Source: Laetmonice hystrix (taxonomy: Eukaryota). From it: a DNA stretch of 64,000 nucleotides. A program made the translations under genes and the position numbers. The notes under the pieces were generated by a model that was not told the origin of the DNA, did no database searches, and saw only the letters and a list, made by a program, of their open reading frames with translations. Shown one piece after another: positions 1 to 13,531 of this stretch (the stretch's first letter is position 1; every line of letters begins with the position of its first letter). The stretch covers positions 28,458,001 to 28,522,000 of the forward strand of contig OZ249438.1 in assembly GCA_965235115.1 (NCBI GenBank), written 5' to 3'.

Positions 1-714
1 AACAACACAACGAAAAAACAAAAATTAAAAACTGTATAACTTTTCACGTCATGTGCACGAAATAATTATCTCAGTGGAAATTTGGAGTGTACACAAAATG
101 TTATCCATTGTTCTCAACATTATCCTACAGATCATAAATAAAGCTATAGTCATCTCTACATTTCTTTTTTGGAACCTACGACTCCTTGTATTTTGCAAGG
201 AGATTTTGCACATAATAATCTTGCTGGATAACAGATTTTTATGCAGCGGAATTAAGGCAAGTCAATTCTATAAAATGGTTAAATATTTACGTCACAGACG
301 AAACTGAATCCACCTGACCCGTTAGCAGTGTTAGGGGTGTCTTATTGGGTCACTATACCCGCAGTGAAAATAATCAAAAGGAAACATAATGTTATTGTAG
401 CCGCACATGGAATCTGAAACAATCAATCCGTGTTCATTTTGTTCAAAATTACTACACACATGGCATGCCATCTACCATCCGAGCTGCTGGCTTAGTAAGA
501 CAAATAATATACCTGCTTACTTATTGTCTTGACCAAACCAGCAGCAATCACAGCAACAACAGCAACAACCAACAACAACAATATGAGCAAAGGGTAGAAG
601 ACCATAACCCAATCAATTCGATCTATAGACAGATATCATGAGTAGACAGATCAGGTAAGAATGACAGGCAGGTCCACACAACGTTGAGGATTTTGTTAAC
701 ATTCATCAATTCAC

Positions 715-1515
715 CCTGAGACTTGTTTACGTCGGGTGGCACCTCTCCGTCGGTCGGCGTGGACGTCACGTTTCCGGTTCCGGTGTCGTTGGTTGCCATG
801 GGGACGCCGAGTTTGGACGTGTCTCCCCCTGACGACCAATTTGAAGGTGACGGCGACACTGTCGTCATGGCACCCATGTAGGTGACGGCAGAGGAGACGA
901 GTGGTGAGGCTGTGGAAGTCATTTTGGATATGCTAGTCTTGCCAGTGCTTATTCCCCAAACATTGGTGCTTGCTGCTGCAGCAGGCATTATGCTAGATGT
1001 CACTTGTAAAGGCAAATCAATCTCACTCTCAGAGCGTTTTGTCAGCACAGAAAGAGCGTTAGTCGAACTAGTTGAGACAAGCGGCGAGGTCATCACAGAA
1101 GAAAGGCTAATTTGCATAGAACTGGTGCTGTCCTCACTGGTAGATGGCGCTAGTGTGCTGTCAGCCATCTTGGACTGTTCCCCACCAGCTGACTGACTTC
1201 TGCTTCCTTTCACGGTTTCTATTACCACGGTAGATGTTGACATATGCGATTTTACGATTTTGTCAGTAGCTGCGTCATGTGTGGGCTTTAAGCTTGAGCC
1301 TCCTGGCCCCAGAGTATGGTGAGAAGGTAGTACAGGAGGGCTGGAAGCTGGCAAGTGGTGGGGACTTAACACTGAGGTGAGGTGAGGCACAGTGCGAGTG
1401 TGTGAGTCTGTGTGAGTATTGCGGGGCAGTGACTGCCCCTCAGTGGTGCTCAGTGAAAGACTAGTAGTAGAAGAGGCGGTGCTGGCAGCGGCCATTGGAG
1501 AACCCTGCCGAGAAA
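715..1515 (-). CDS. Internal exon encoding a Ser/Thr-rich mucin-like stalk (about 267 codons) of a secreted or membrane protein
   Basis: Lies within the 299-aa ORF 623-1522, strongly S/T/P-biased. Acceptor TTTTTTTCTGTTGCTAG ends at 1516 and candidate donor CAGG|GTGAAT follows 715. Length 801 is a multiple of 3, giving a phase 1-1 exon. The donor choice is inferred. Confidence 0.7.
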
Positions 1516-3273
1516 CTAGCAACAGAAAAAAAAACAGGTAAGCATGAGGTCAAGTGACCCGGTAGTTGTTTTCGGCCCATTAGGATGATGGACTGATAAT
1601 GGACTGGGTAGGGGCGATTCCACAGACCTTCTCACCATAAAAAGAAGAAATTCGACAATATATTGAAAGTCACACGTAGCCACAATGTGATTTATTTTGA
1701 GAGTAGGACTACTATGTATACAGTAGTCGCATACAGAACAACCAGAACTCCAAGACAAAAAACTGGGCCCATCCAATCTTCATCTACAATTTTCTGACAT
1801 ATAGTGAGACTTCTCATTTATAGTCTCCACCGCCGCATCTCCTACTAGATTGATATTTAAAACCTCGATTCTATGAAAATAGAAAATTTCTAGTTGCTAT
1901 GGAAACAACCACATATCATATGACACTGTGCTGGAAAAGATTAATGATGATGGAAGGTGCGTCAAGGCAATCAAAATAAAGAAAACACATTTCATATCAC
2001 CACTACTAATTTGCAAGGGTCACCTGGGAGCTGGCAAATGAAATTCAAGACTTTGAAACATGCAATGGCAAAGGGTTGAATTTCATGAGGATATGTTATA
2101 AAACCCAAAACACATGTTGCGGCAGGTTCTTCCCTGACGAACGAGAAACAATATTTTTCATTGAATAACTTTAAGGTGTTTTGTAAACAAGTGTTGCTTT
2201 CTCCCCACTGACGACATGCCAATCAGGTTCACGATGGACTCTTCTCGTGTGTGCGTGCGTGTAACATGTTGAGATGTTTTTGGCACTGTTTTCTGCCGTA
2301 ACAGTGACATCGGATGATGCTCTCTGTCTCAACGATCCAAATCACCAGGTTCAGTCTGTAACTGAGGAACCTGTAGAAAACTAAACATTTTTAACTTCCT
2401 CTTCCTGACATTTATGTATTTTAATCGGATCTCCTTGGATCCAGTAAAACCTGAGAAACCATTCCAATTGTTTGCCCCGAGGACTTATTGCCAACGAGCG
2501 AGTTTTCATCAGTACAGTGTGTTTTCTATGCCTCCTATTAAAGAGGTTGCTGCGTAAATAATTGAGGCAGCTTATTTTCTGCTTTTGAGCGAATGCATCT
2601 AGCATGTCCTAAAATACTCAGCTAAGAATGATGCTCAAACTTGCCTAATTACTGCGTGATCGCTGCCTCAAGTGGTTGTGCGCACGTAGAGGGATACTGT
2701 TATAGTTCCTGTCAAGGACGAAGCTGGTTGCTAACTCAAACACGGTCCAGAGAAACCAATGTGGTTGAGACCATGGTCTTTTTATAGACAGGTAAAAAAC
2801 TATTCCTTTAATAAAAGCACAATAAATGGTGGGCTCGTGTTTCATCCAGGCGTGCCGCACCACATTTTCATTTTCCTTTTGTTCTTGGTCGGCAATCATA
2901 TCAGCGGTGATAGTTGCCTTCAGAAAGATCCAAGCCTAACAAAGCACACTTAATTATGTGGCCGATAGATGTTTCCATTTGATGTTGCATGTTAAGAACG
3001 ATGTATTTCCTTATATTACTTGCTTCCCCTGACTCTGACTGAGGGCCGGCGGCCGTACATGACTCAGGAGATTCCAGATAACCCTACTGACGCCAACATC
3101 TTAGGATCGACTGAATGTTTATACCCTCCTGTAATAGCACACTATAGCCAGCAGTCATAACACGACACTATACTTATTTGACCTTCCATTACCATACGAC
3201 GCCATGACCTCTCTGTTTCCATCACTCAGGTGTAGATTTAAGTGATAAACGTGGAAAGCTTACACCTTGATTA

Positions 3274-3646
3274 CATACCTGCCAACATTTGCTCAACTCA
3301 GCGCGCAATCTTCATCAAAGAGAATGACATTTCTCTTAATACCTTTGTTCCAATAACTTAATTTCTTATTCGTCTGTCAATCTCGATCGTTCCCGCGTTT
3401 TTTCTCTCTCCTTGCCAGACCAAACTTACATGTTCCCCCCAGACAACATGGCAGCGTCCCACAAACCATATTTTGCTGGGGAATATGACTTTGAACAGGA
3501 CATTTAACCTCCATTGAAGGCGAATAATTATATACTTTTTTTGTAAATTGCATGATTCCGTAATATTTTGAGAAAAATGCGGAGTGCGGAATACATCATT
3601 CACATGCGCAAAGATTCCGCAGAATGCGGAAGGGTTGGCAGGTATG
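3274..3646. mobile_element. 373-bp non-autonomous DNA element (MITE) with 13-bp TIRs, possibly hAT-like
   Basis: CATACCTGCCAAC at 3274-3286 and its exact reverse complement GTTGGCAGGTATG at 3634-3646. Flanks TGATTA / CGATTA resemble a degraded duplication. Superfamily uncertain. Confidence 0.55.
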
Positions 3647-4087
3647 CGATTATTGCTAAGACATCCAAAGTTTTTTTTAAAAACTCACTAACTGAAAGTC
3701 CATTCAAAGAAATGTGGACCAGTTATGTTATTTCGGGCGAGTTTCTGTAAGTTGTGATTAGAAGTACAACAGACTGAGACGTTTCACCTAATCAAAGGCT
3801 CTAAATAAATCTCAGTCAAAATCATCAGTCAGCCGAAACTGCATAGAAACACTTGACATTGTTTCCGACAATTTACACCTTGTCAGGTGATCTTTACTTT
3901 AGGGTTCCTTGTAACCCCTGACTGCCGGAAAACTTAACTGACTGACAGCTGAACTGACATTACCGCGTGGATTCTGTTCGACTGAACACTTCCTCCGGAC
4001 TGGCTTCCCAACAACCCCCCCCCCCCCCCCCCCCCCAATCCTCGACACCAAGGCCGACAGTTCCTTCAGGAATCACATCCAGATTAC

Positions 4088-4220
4088 ATAATTCATTGGA
4101 CCTCCCCCTCCGTTTCCCACTGAATACAAGGAAACCTTCAGCCGTTCTCCGGTCTGAAGTCCCAAGGATGTGACTGTAGCAGGGTAGCCAGTGATATAGT
4201 TGGTGGAAGCGTTCCCCGCC
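4088..4220 (-). pseudogene. FN3-like exon relic (C to G strands)
   Basis: One frame reads AGNASTNYITGYPATVTSLGLQTGERLKVSLYSVGNGGGGPMNY, matching the FN3 pattern ITGY...VT..GL..G...V....V.NGGG.GP but with the C/C' region deleted and the F-strand Tyr lost. Acceptor CTCCCAG with CTGAC branch-like motif upstream; phase 2 would complete the conserved Trp. By-eye match only. Confidence 0.45.
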
Positions 4221-6157
4221 CTGGGAGCCGACCGGGTTGGTAGACAGATGACTGGTCAGTTTCCCTATAGTAATGCCTGGCCGGCAAACGTCAAGATAAA
4301 TAAACTGATGTCTTCACACCCAACATATATCATGTATTAAGGCAGGTCTGGAATACTTCAAACCTTGCTTCAGGTTGGGAGGCCTACACACAGTCCATAA
4401 TCTACACAATATTTCATTCTAACTCAGATCAATTCTTCAACCCTCATAGCCATCCCAGTTCCAAAATCAGAATCAGGGACTCAGTTAAAAGCTAATCTAG
4501 GGCAGTCTGTCTACTCGAACTATGCTGACAAATAATTTGAATTCATGATTCCAAGAAAACGATTTCAATTGATTTTCTAAGGCTGCCTGATATGTAGTTC
4601 CTGCTGAGCATGTGACGATCTGTGATATCGGAGACGGGACTGAGGACTAGCCTTTACTCCAGTCCTCTTGAGTCTGGTGTCGTCCTTTCTGTCTGTCTGC
4701 ACCCCCCCCCCCCCCTCACCACCGAGCGGATGTAAGTGGCCAAAACGGCCACTTCAAAGTCACAGATTTATATTTAAAAAAGGCACAAACGTATCGAGTT
4801 AGAGTGGAGACTGCAGTCATAGACTGCTCATTCAATCAGAAACTGGCACACGTATAGTTCTTCCCCCAGGGCTCTTAGAAAGGGCTGGCACAAAATACGT
4901 TTGTGTGCAAACAGTGGGAGAGACATAGAAAATCAATGTAACACAGTTTGTGCTCTGTCTCTCTCCCCAGACGGGCGGACTGCAAACACTCCTCACTTGT
5001 ACGGAAATGATTATCAAATTACAGGCAGGATGATTCTGTCTTTTTCACTCAGTGAAGCAGAAGGTGCCTTTCTCTGCTAACACGTCAGCCACATAACGTT
5101 ACACTGAATCAGACCACCAACCCGGACCCTAGCTGGTCGGTGAGAACAACACATTGGACCCGCCCACTACTGTCAAGTATCTCAAGTATAAAAGAACACT
5201 TCACTTCAACTGGCAACAATATTTTTCTTGGTCCCAATTACATGAAATGATTACCTTGGTGATATATGTTGACAGCGCTTGCTGCCTGGTATTGAACTTC
5301 TCGGCAAGCTTCAAGTAGATGAATAGACCTACCCCCGGCACATTAAAGTGATTAATTCCGTCATTCCAAACCAAAATAAACTCCTTCATCTTCTCTTTGT
5401 TTTATCTTAGCACCTGCTACTTAGAGGATAGTGCCTTTATGATAAACGTCCAACAATCTTTTTTGACGGTACCATCAAGTAAATCAGGCATTGTTTGTGG
5501 GCTTACTTGGAGACATTAGCTTGATTATTGTTTCCGATATACTTTTCAAAACTGAACACCGCCAGATGTAGTGAATCACAAATATCTCTAATGTATGAGG
5601 CTGGTGGGAAAATAGGACTTGGCAAGCACTACGATACTAATGTGTTCCCTTTTCAGTAAGGCATGAATAACAATAGAAATAGTTGTAATATGGTAACAGC
5701 AGCCGGCCAATACTGTTGGTGAATTAAAAACGTTGGCAGTTTTAATTACTATCAGGTGCCGGTCCAAGCAAACATTTCTAAGTAGTCGCGATTAACACTG
5801 ATTCCTTCCTCAATTAAAGTCCTTAGAATTCACACTACAAATTGTATTAAACTACATTACGGTCTGTTACGGTACATGTGCTTGAGATAAAATCGTTCCC
5901 ACGTCTTGCAAGTTTCCAACTTAGCCAACGGTAGATACTCTAGCTGACGTCAACGTAATAGTATATTCTACCTCCTCAGTAAAATACTTTCGTAAACAGA
6001 ATGAAGACAAGACGAAAATACAATGGATCATAGAAATCTAGATGTTTGTTTATATAGTATCAGTATCTACACATCGACCATCCTGTCTGATAGGTAATTT
6101 TACACCCACTACTGTGTGGTACTAATTATGTGTACAACTTGTATATGAGATAGTCAC

Positions 6158-6277
6158 CTGTCGTTGGAGAGACCATTGGGCCCTTAGTAAGTGACGAAGG
6201 CGGCCACTGGGTGGATTTAGCCTCAATGCGAGTGGAGACGGTTGGGTTAGGCTGGGAGGGGAACTTCTCAACCCCAC
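6158..6277 (-). CDS. 120-bp Ser/Thr/Pro-rich internal exon, probably the same gene as 715-1515
   Basis: Acceptor TGTTTTATGCCTTCAG, donor CAG|GTGACT, phase 1-1, open frame GVEKFPSQPNPTVSTRIEAKSTQWPPSSLTKGPMVSPTT. Confidence 0.5.
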
Positions 6278-6458
6278 CTGAAGGCATAAAACACCTAGGG
6301 TGAACAGGTGAGCATGTCACAATGCACGAGATCCTAGCTGAGGTGAGTACATGAGAAACGTAAGGTAGTATGATGTCGATCATACAGAAAAGTAAACACC
6401 AACGTCACAAACTACATCTAAGATCGGCTCATGTGCTTGTGAACTATAACGAAAAAAA

Positions 6459-7121
6459 GAGAATAACAAGCTATCATAACATCAGAGATAGGAACATGGA
6501 GAAGAACAAGCTATCATAACATCACAGGTAGGAACATGGAAAATTGATAACAAGCTATCATAACATCACAGGTAGGAACATGGAGAATTGATAACAAGCT
6601 ATCATAACATCACAGGTAGGAACATGGAGAATTGATAACAAGCTATCATAACATCTGAGGTAGGAACATGGAGAAGAACAAGCTATCATGACATCTGAGG
6701 TAGGAACATGGAGAATAACAAGCTATCATAACATCAGAGATAGGAACATGGAGAAGAACAAGCTATCATGACATCTGAGGTAGGAACATGGAGAATAACA
6801 AGCTATCATGACATCTGAGGTAGGAACATGGAGAATAACAAGCTATCATAACATCACAGGTAAGAACATGGAGAATTGATAACAAGCTATCATAACATCT
6901 GAGGTAGGAACATGGAGAAGAACAAGCTGTCATAACATCAGAGGTAGAAATGGAGAATTGATAACAAACTATCATAACATCACAGGTAGGAACATGGAGA
7001 ATAACAAGCTGTCATAACATCACAGGTAGAAACATGGAGAATTGATCATAACATCAGAGGTAGAAACATGGAGAATAACAAGCTATCATAACAACAGAGG
7101 TACGGAGAATAACAAGCTATA
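6459..7121. repeat. Minisatellite, about 40-44 bp units, about 15-16 copies
   Basis: Repeats of AACAAGCTATCATAACATCACAGGTAGGAACATGGAGAAT(TGAT) with length variants. Confidence 0.95.
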
Positions 7122-9866
7122 ATAGTTAGAAAATATGCAGAACATAACAAGCCAGCTTCACATTTCTAACAGGATAGGGATATGTGAAACCCAGGCAATG
7201 AAAACGTAACAACTCATCGATGAGAAGTTCCCTTCAGCACTCGTAATACAGTTAGGTACCAATAGTGTGGTTTTATAGGGGCCTGTTTATGATGTAAGTC
7301 GCTGTTAACAAACCACCAGAATCCTTGAGAATTAGTTCCTATGAGGACCAGATATTGTTACTGTAACCGTGCTAACTCCTCATTGTCTATAAGTGAACTC
7401 CACCCCGAGGTTTTATTACTGTGTTTAGACCCTTTTTCTGCCGTGTATCCATTAGCCATTCCTATGAGGGAAAACCTATGGGACACGAGCTAATCTACTA
7501 CATGATGGGATCTACTTTTATCTTCGTACTACCTCAATCAGCACTGACTTGGCGTGCCCTACACAAGTTACCAGACCTCTCCCAGCCGTGCCAGGCGACA
7601 CGCTTACAGTACGTTACAAAGTAAATCTCACCGGACATAACGTACTGCACTATTGTCATCACAGGCCATGCGCCTTTGAAATCTCAGTATTTTGTGACAA
7701 CATCTGATTGTGACTCTTTAATCTCAATAATAACGTCCATTTTCCTGGCAGGTCCTCTGTAATCATGGAGCGGACAGTCCTCCCCACCACATGACTTCTC
7801 ATCTAATTATCATGGAAAAGAAAGCTACATATTATTTCCATTTGTGCCGTCACAGGTTACCTACAATTTGATCGAACTTTGCCATCCGAATGGTCTCTAC
7901 CATAGTGCAGCTTCAGAAACCTTCCGCTTACCGTTGGGCAGCGCTGCCTTTCAATCCCAAGGGTAACAAAACACATACCAGTATCCCTTACCTAGTATAG
8001 TCTTTTAAAAGGTAAGCCCATTACGCTGATTACTGTAATTTTTTGTTTGTTTAACGAAATGTTTGCAATCACAAGATTGGGTATTTGATAATCAAGTAGA
8101 AACATCACTTGCGAAATGCAACATGTTTCCTAAGGTGGCTAGATACTGTCTTTATTGAACACCTGCGACATTGCGCAAATTCTGAGATCATCCTAATTCA
8201 GCTAACTCTGGGCTGTGGAAATGAATACTAAGTCTATTCAAAGAATACGATAAAAAGTCATGAGAACTTTGATAAAGAACGCCCACTCAGCCTTTTTCTT
8301 CATAACATTTCCACTGAAAGGAAAATATCTTTTTTCTTCTCTAAGCTAGTAGGGCTGGGATAAGATAAAATGGAAACACTGTTTCATAAAACGATGACAT
8401 TTACATTACTAGCCTAAAGTTCCAGTCTGAACTTCTCCTTAGAACAATGTCGATGACATTAAGTATTTAGGAGGCATTTCTGACAAAGTTTCCTCAGAAT
8501 GCCATGCAGCGGTATCCGTGTTTTACAGAGAGTGTCAGCCAAAAGCTTCCTGGAGGTAAATACTGATATTACCGTTATTTAGAGGCAGTTTATAGCATGC
8601 GCACGCACTCTCAGAGACGCCGGTCACTTGAGGCTAATGTTGGGGTGTTTGTAGTGAATGACTGCCAGATGGACGTCGAACAGTTCAGAGGTAACGCCGA
8701 CAAGACCCAATGTAAGACACCCCCCCCCCCCTCACCCCGCCCGGCCACTGACTCCATGTACAAGTTACAAACGGAGTTCTGAGGTCGACCAATCGCCAGC
8801 CAATGATTGGGCCAGGGGGTAGTGGCACCAGAACTGACCCAAACCGGCGACTATAGGGGTGAGCTGTGTGCGTGCGAACCGTGCAAATCGTTGCGATTAG
8901 CCTCATTATCCTGGCGTGACGGACTCCAACTCCTGCTCTCATTCTCCTAATCCGATCATTAGGCCAGAAGGGGTCCACCTAGGCTTCCAACCGCTTTAAT
9001 ACCTGTTCCCCCACACTGCCCCTTGTCATACACGGTGAGCAGCTGAGCCTGGAGCCAATGAATGTTTGAGAGGTAACCAAATAAAGATATCCAGACCGAC
9101 ACCCACAGCGTATAACATCTCGATCCAGCGTATACCTCTATAAACTCAGACGACCTCTAGTAAGAACCACTGGCACCTCCAGGTTACCTGTTACCTCAAA
9201 CGACCTTTTAGTGCATTAGTTTTCATGCCTTTCGGTGCAATATATTCGGTAGACATGACATAATTCTTTGTGATATGATTTAATAAGGTCTCGCTAATTT
9301 TGCTGAGTAAATCTATCGTTACAACTTTCTTATATCTGTGTTATCCTACGTGTCGGATGCTGATAAAAAAATGGACGTTCCTGAAAGGGGCGGTGATATT
9401 ACATCTAAATGCTTGTTTTTGTGTCAGCAGGAGACACACCGCCACTCTGCATAATGCTGAGTAGGGGCGGCAGACGGTTTATGGACATTATCCATCACTC
9501 GGCTAGCTTTGCTTATGAAATAAAATTGCATTTGCATTAATACATTAATAGTGCATGAGTTTGTTGAGATATTTGTGGGTCATAGACGGTTATCAAGGAT
9601 AACTACTGCGATAATCCTTTTAAACGTAAAGATGGGACGGCTTGTCGCCATCAAGACCTATTCTCTGACCCAGGGGATGTATGTGTCGGTATGCAAGGCT
9701 CCGTGTTTGTATACATCAAGTCTACATCCAATAGGTTAGAGTATAGCCATCATTATCACAGACACTCTCCGAAAATACCATATCTGCATATATGGAAAGA
9801 GTCTGCGGATAAATGTGGCCCATTTCTTCACCGTCATGTTTGGCGGGGGTCTATGGCTGCTATTAA

Positions 9867-10394
9867 AGGGAGTCGTAAAATTCATTTTTTTCGATTTATG
9901 GCAGTCTTAGAAACATATGATTCGCATACCTTGGACTCCCAGTAACATCATGTGAGACTGTTATGGCCCAGCGACCAGTATTTAGTAAGGAAAATATGCC
10001 AAATCTCTCGCAAATACGTAGCTCAGAATTAGCGAGCGGCCCACAGGATATTTGAGTTGGCCGCGGTCGGGCGATGATGACGCGTGATCACGTGACTTCC
10101 GGGTGTGGAAGGGAATCTCCCTCTAGTCTAGTGTTGACCTAAATACCGCATGTACACCCGGAAGTCACGTGATCACGCGTCATCATCGCCCGACCGCGGC
10201 CAACTCAAATATCCTGTAGGCCGCTCGCTAATTCTGAGCTACGTATTTGCGAGAGATTTGGCATATTTTCCTTACTAAATACTGGTCGCTGGGCCATAAC
10301 AGTCTCACATGATGTTACTGGGAGTCCAAGGTATGCGAGTCATATGTTTCTAAGACTGCCATAAATCGAAAAAAAATGAATTTTACGACTCCCT
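9867..10394. mobile_element. Kolobok / T2-type foldback MITE, 528 bp
   Basis: TTAA at 9863-9866 and 10395-10398. Termini AGGGAGTCG...CGACTCCCT. Arms 9867-10106 and 10154-10394 are inverted copies differing by 2 substitutions and 1 homopolymer base that I could find; 47-bp spacer. TTAA plus purine-purine ends fit Kolobok/T2 rather than piggyBac (CCC ends). Confidence 0.88.
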
Positions 10395-11880
10395 TTAATA
10401 TGAGGAGATCATGAAGCCAGAAACTCGGAAGGTCGATACATAACGTGGGAATCCGGCCTTTAAACACACCGCCATAATAACCCATTAATAATGGACTCCC
10501 AAGTAGCGGAGGAGGACGGAAGACGGGGTTGTATTAAAACGAGGGAGGCAGACCGCTAACAGGCCGGCTGATCAGACAAACAGGTCGGCTGCCTTCAAGG
10601 CAGATCGCTCCCTCCGACATCGTGAAAGGTATCCGCTTTCCTATCAACTTCACTTCCTTTGTCTTCCCGCCAAACAAATCTGTAATTCAGTTTACAGGAA
10701 GTGTGAGAGTATAGAATTCATGACATCGGCAATTAAATTTCTGAGTGCTCTCATTAAAATGTAATAATTAGAGCAACTGAATTAGGAGATTTACATTCAT
10801 ATGATGATGTTGAGTTTCTTTAACACTCAATATCACATATCATGGCGAACAGCACTTTAGGAGAGGCCTGTGTGCATGCAGGACACATCATTACATGCTG
10901 ACGTGATACCTTTCGAATCACTCCATGAGGACCACATGGAGGACAGTAACAGAAATGGAAAGATATTTTTCTTTAAGATAATTATTATTATCTTGATGCA
11001 GATAAAATAATTCGGAATAATTCAAATAAGCACCATTAAATTCTTTCCATGTTCAAAATTAGTTAAATTATATCTTTAATACTGACACTGCGCGTGTGGG
11101 GAAAAGTAATTTCTGTTTCAGAATTCTGTCCATGATTACCTGAGGGGCCACAATTGGAGATTGACACTTAAGTACTGCTATTAAACGGCGGTATGATTTC
11201 ATATTATTCTCCTACTTGTAATCAAGTTAGCAGCCCATATTATTCAATCTAATTCTTCAGCATTCGTTTTAAATGTACCATCCTTCTATCGACTTATCCT
11301 AGACTCTTCACAATCGTGGCAGTAAAGATCATGCTGGCAGAACGCCTTCTATTCTGGATAAATTGACTCGACTAAGTGAATGTTAAGAGATTGACTTCAC
11401 TGCACTGCCTATCGCGTCAATACTTTATTATTTCAATGAGCTTGGTTTGTTATCAGATGACGTGGTTTGTTTGGTTGTAAAGTATTATTACGTTTACAAC
11501 CCGCCCAGGGACATTCCCCTTTTCTCAAAACGAACGGATTCATATTTTCCCTATAAAGCATTAACTTCATTCTCAGCACCACAAAGGCAAGACAAAAACA
11601 TTTGAATTTGATCCTTATTACATTATTATATTACATTATTACATTACCAGAACACGCCATTTTGCTATATTTTGTATTACCAGGCCCTCCACCTGTCAAT
11701 CAAGCCGACTCAGAGCAAGGATCTGTTAAATATAATTGGGCGATACAAGGAAACAGACAGCAAGGGTATCGCCTCATTGTGCCGTGTAAATAATAAAGTG
11801 AGATTCCGAGATTTCAACAAGCTAAACACACACTTCAAACTACATTGTTCCTGAGGATAACAGGCACAACTGCAACAGGC

Positions 11881-12606
11881 ACCAGCAGATCCGTTCACAG
11901 TCCGACCATTCCCCCATCTAGGAGGTGGACGTGTAGCTCGTACACAATGTGACCAGTCTAGGAGGTGGACGTGTAGCTCGTACACAACCTCCGACCAGCA
12001 GATCCGTTCACAGTCCGACCATTCCCCCATCTAGGAGGTGGACGTGTAGCTCGTACACAATGTGACCAGTCTAGGAGGTGGACGTGTAGCTCGTACACAA
12101 TGTGACCAGTCTAGGAGGTGGACGTGTAGCTCGTACACAACCTCCGACCAGCAGATCCGTTCACAGTCCGACCATTCCCCCATCTAGGAGGTGGACGTGT
12201 AGCTCGTACACAATGTGACCAGTCTAGGAGGTGGACGTGTAGCTCGTACACAATGTGACCAGTCTAGGAGGTGGACGTGTAGCTCGTACACAATGTGACC
12301 AGTCTAGGAGGTGGACGTGTAGCTCATACACAACCTCCGAGCAGCAGATCCGTTCACAGTCCGACCATTCCCCCATCTAGGAGGTGGACGTGTAGCTCAT
12401 ACACAACCTCCGACCAGCAGATCCGTTCACAGTCCGACCATTCCCCCATCTAGGAGGTGGACGTGTAGCTCGTACACAATGTGACCAGTCTAGGAGGTGG
12501 ACGTGTAGCTCGTACACAATGTGACCAGTCTAGGAGGTGGACGTGTAGCTCGTACACAACCTCCGAGCAGCAGATCCGTTCACAGTCCGACCATTCCCCC
12601 ATCTAG
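11881..12606. repeat. Compound minisatellite of 40-bp and 73-bp units sharing a 31-bp core
   Basis: Core TCTAGGAGGTGGACGTGTAGCTCGTACACAA starts at 11917, 11957, 12030, 12070, 12110, 12183, 12223, 12263, 12303, 12376, 12449, 12489 and 12529. Confidence 0.95.
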
Positions 12607-13401
12607 ACGTTGACCGGCTGATAATCTGAGGGATAACAACACTTGATTCAATCACTGCCCCAACCCCAGCCCCCAGGGCGGCCCACCATGTGTACCAACT
12701 CTTCCTCACTAGATGGCGCTGTGTATACGCGCTCAAGGACACCCGACCCGTACCCAATACTGGCGCTCTGTATAGACATTAGGTCATCATGTGCCTGATT
12801 TCCCCCCTAGATCTGAGAGGAGCTATGAGTAGAATTCAGTAAACGCCACCCACAGCTATTCTCAGTATTTGTGGCGACCTTTTGATGTCTGAAGGTCATA
12901 GTTGCCACCCCTCTTTGCGGAAGCAGGATGGCCGATCAGAGCCTGCACCCGGCACACAGACTCGGGTAAGCTGCCTTACCGGGAGAATAATCTTACCTTC
13001 TCAAGGTAATGATTTCACTTGTGAAAGCTGGCGGGCAGGCGGTCATCATTGTCACGTTGGCCCTGAGCTGTCTTCTTTTAGTTTGTGGCATATGGTTTAA
13101 CGCCGCCGGCGCCATCACCAACCATCCCTGTGATCTTTTTGTGTGTCCTGGTGTTTTTGTGCTAGAAGACAACTATTTTGTTCAGTGGGCCCTTGGATTG
13201 GATTACATTATGTAAATTCACGTGAATAATCATTAAATCTACATCAACTCTCTGCTCCACTTATCGACTCTCTTGAAATGCAACACAGATGTGAAGTGTT
13301 ACTGGAGGATATTTGAATGACGTGGAGTTTAGCTGAAGAGATTCAACCATCTCTGGAGATGATGTAGCGCCAATCGACCGACATCCGCGGGTCTCTCAGG
13401 T

Positions 13402-13531
13402 ACTTGGAGGACTCCTTCATTATATCACCCACCATACCGGTAATCACACACGGTACACATTCAGTAACTTGGAGGACTCCTTCATTATATCACCGACCAT
13501 ATCGGTAATCACACACGGTACACATTCAGTA
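13402..13531. repeat. Tandem duplication, 65 bp x2
   Basis: ACTTGGAGGACTCCTTCATTATATCACC...CACATTCAGTA occurs twice with few differences. Confidence 0.9.

Noticed and set aside
11881-12606. CRISPR-like repeat/spacer look (31-bp constant core)
   Set aside because: Only two recurring spacer types (9 and 42 nt), no unique spacers, no cas genes, eukaryotic context.
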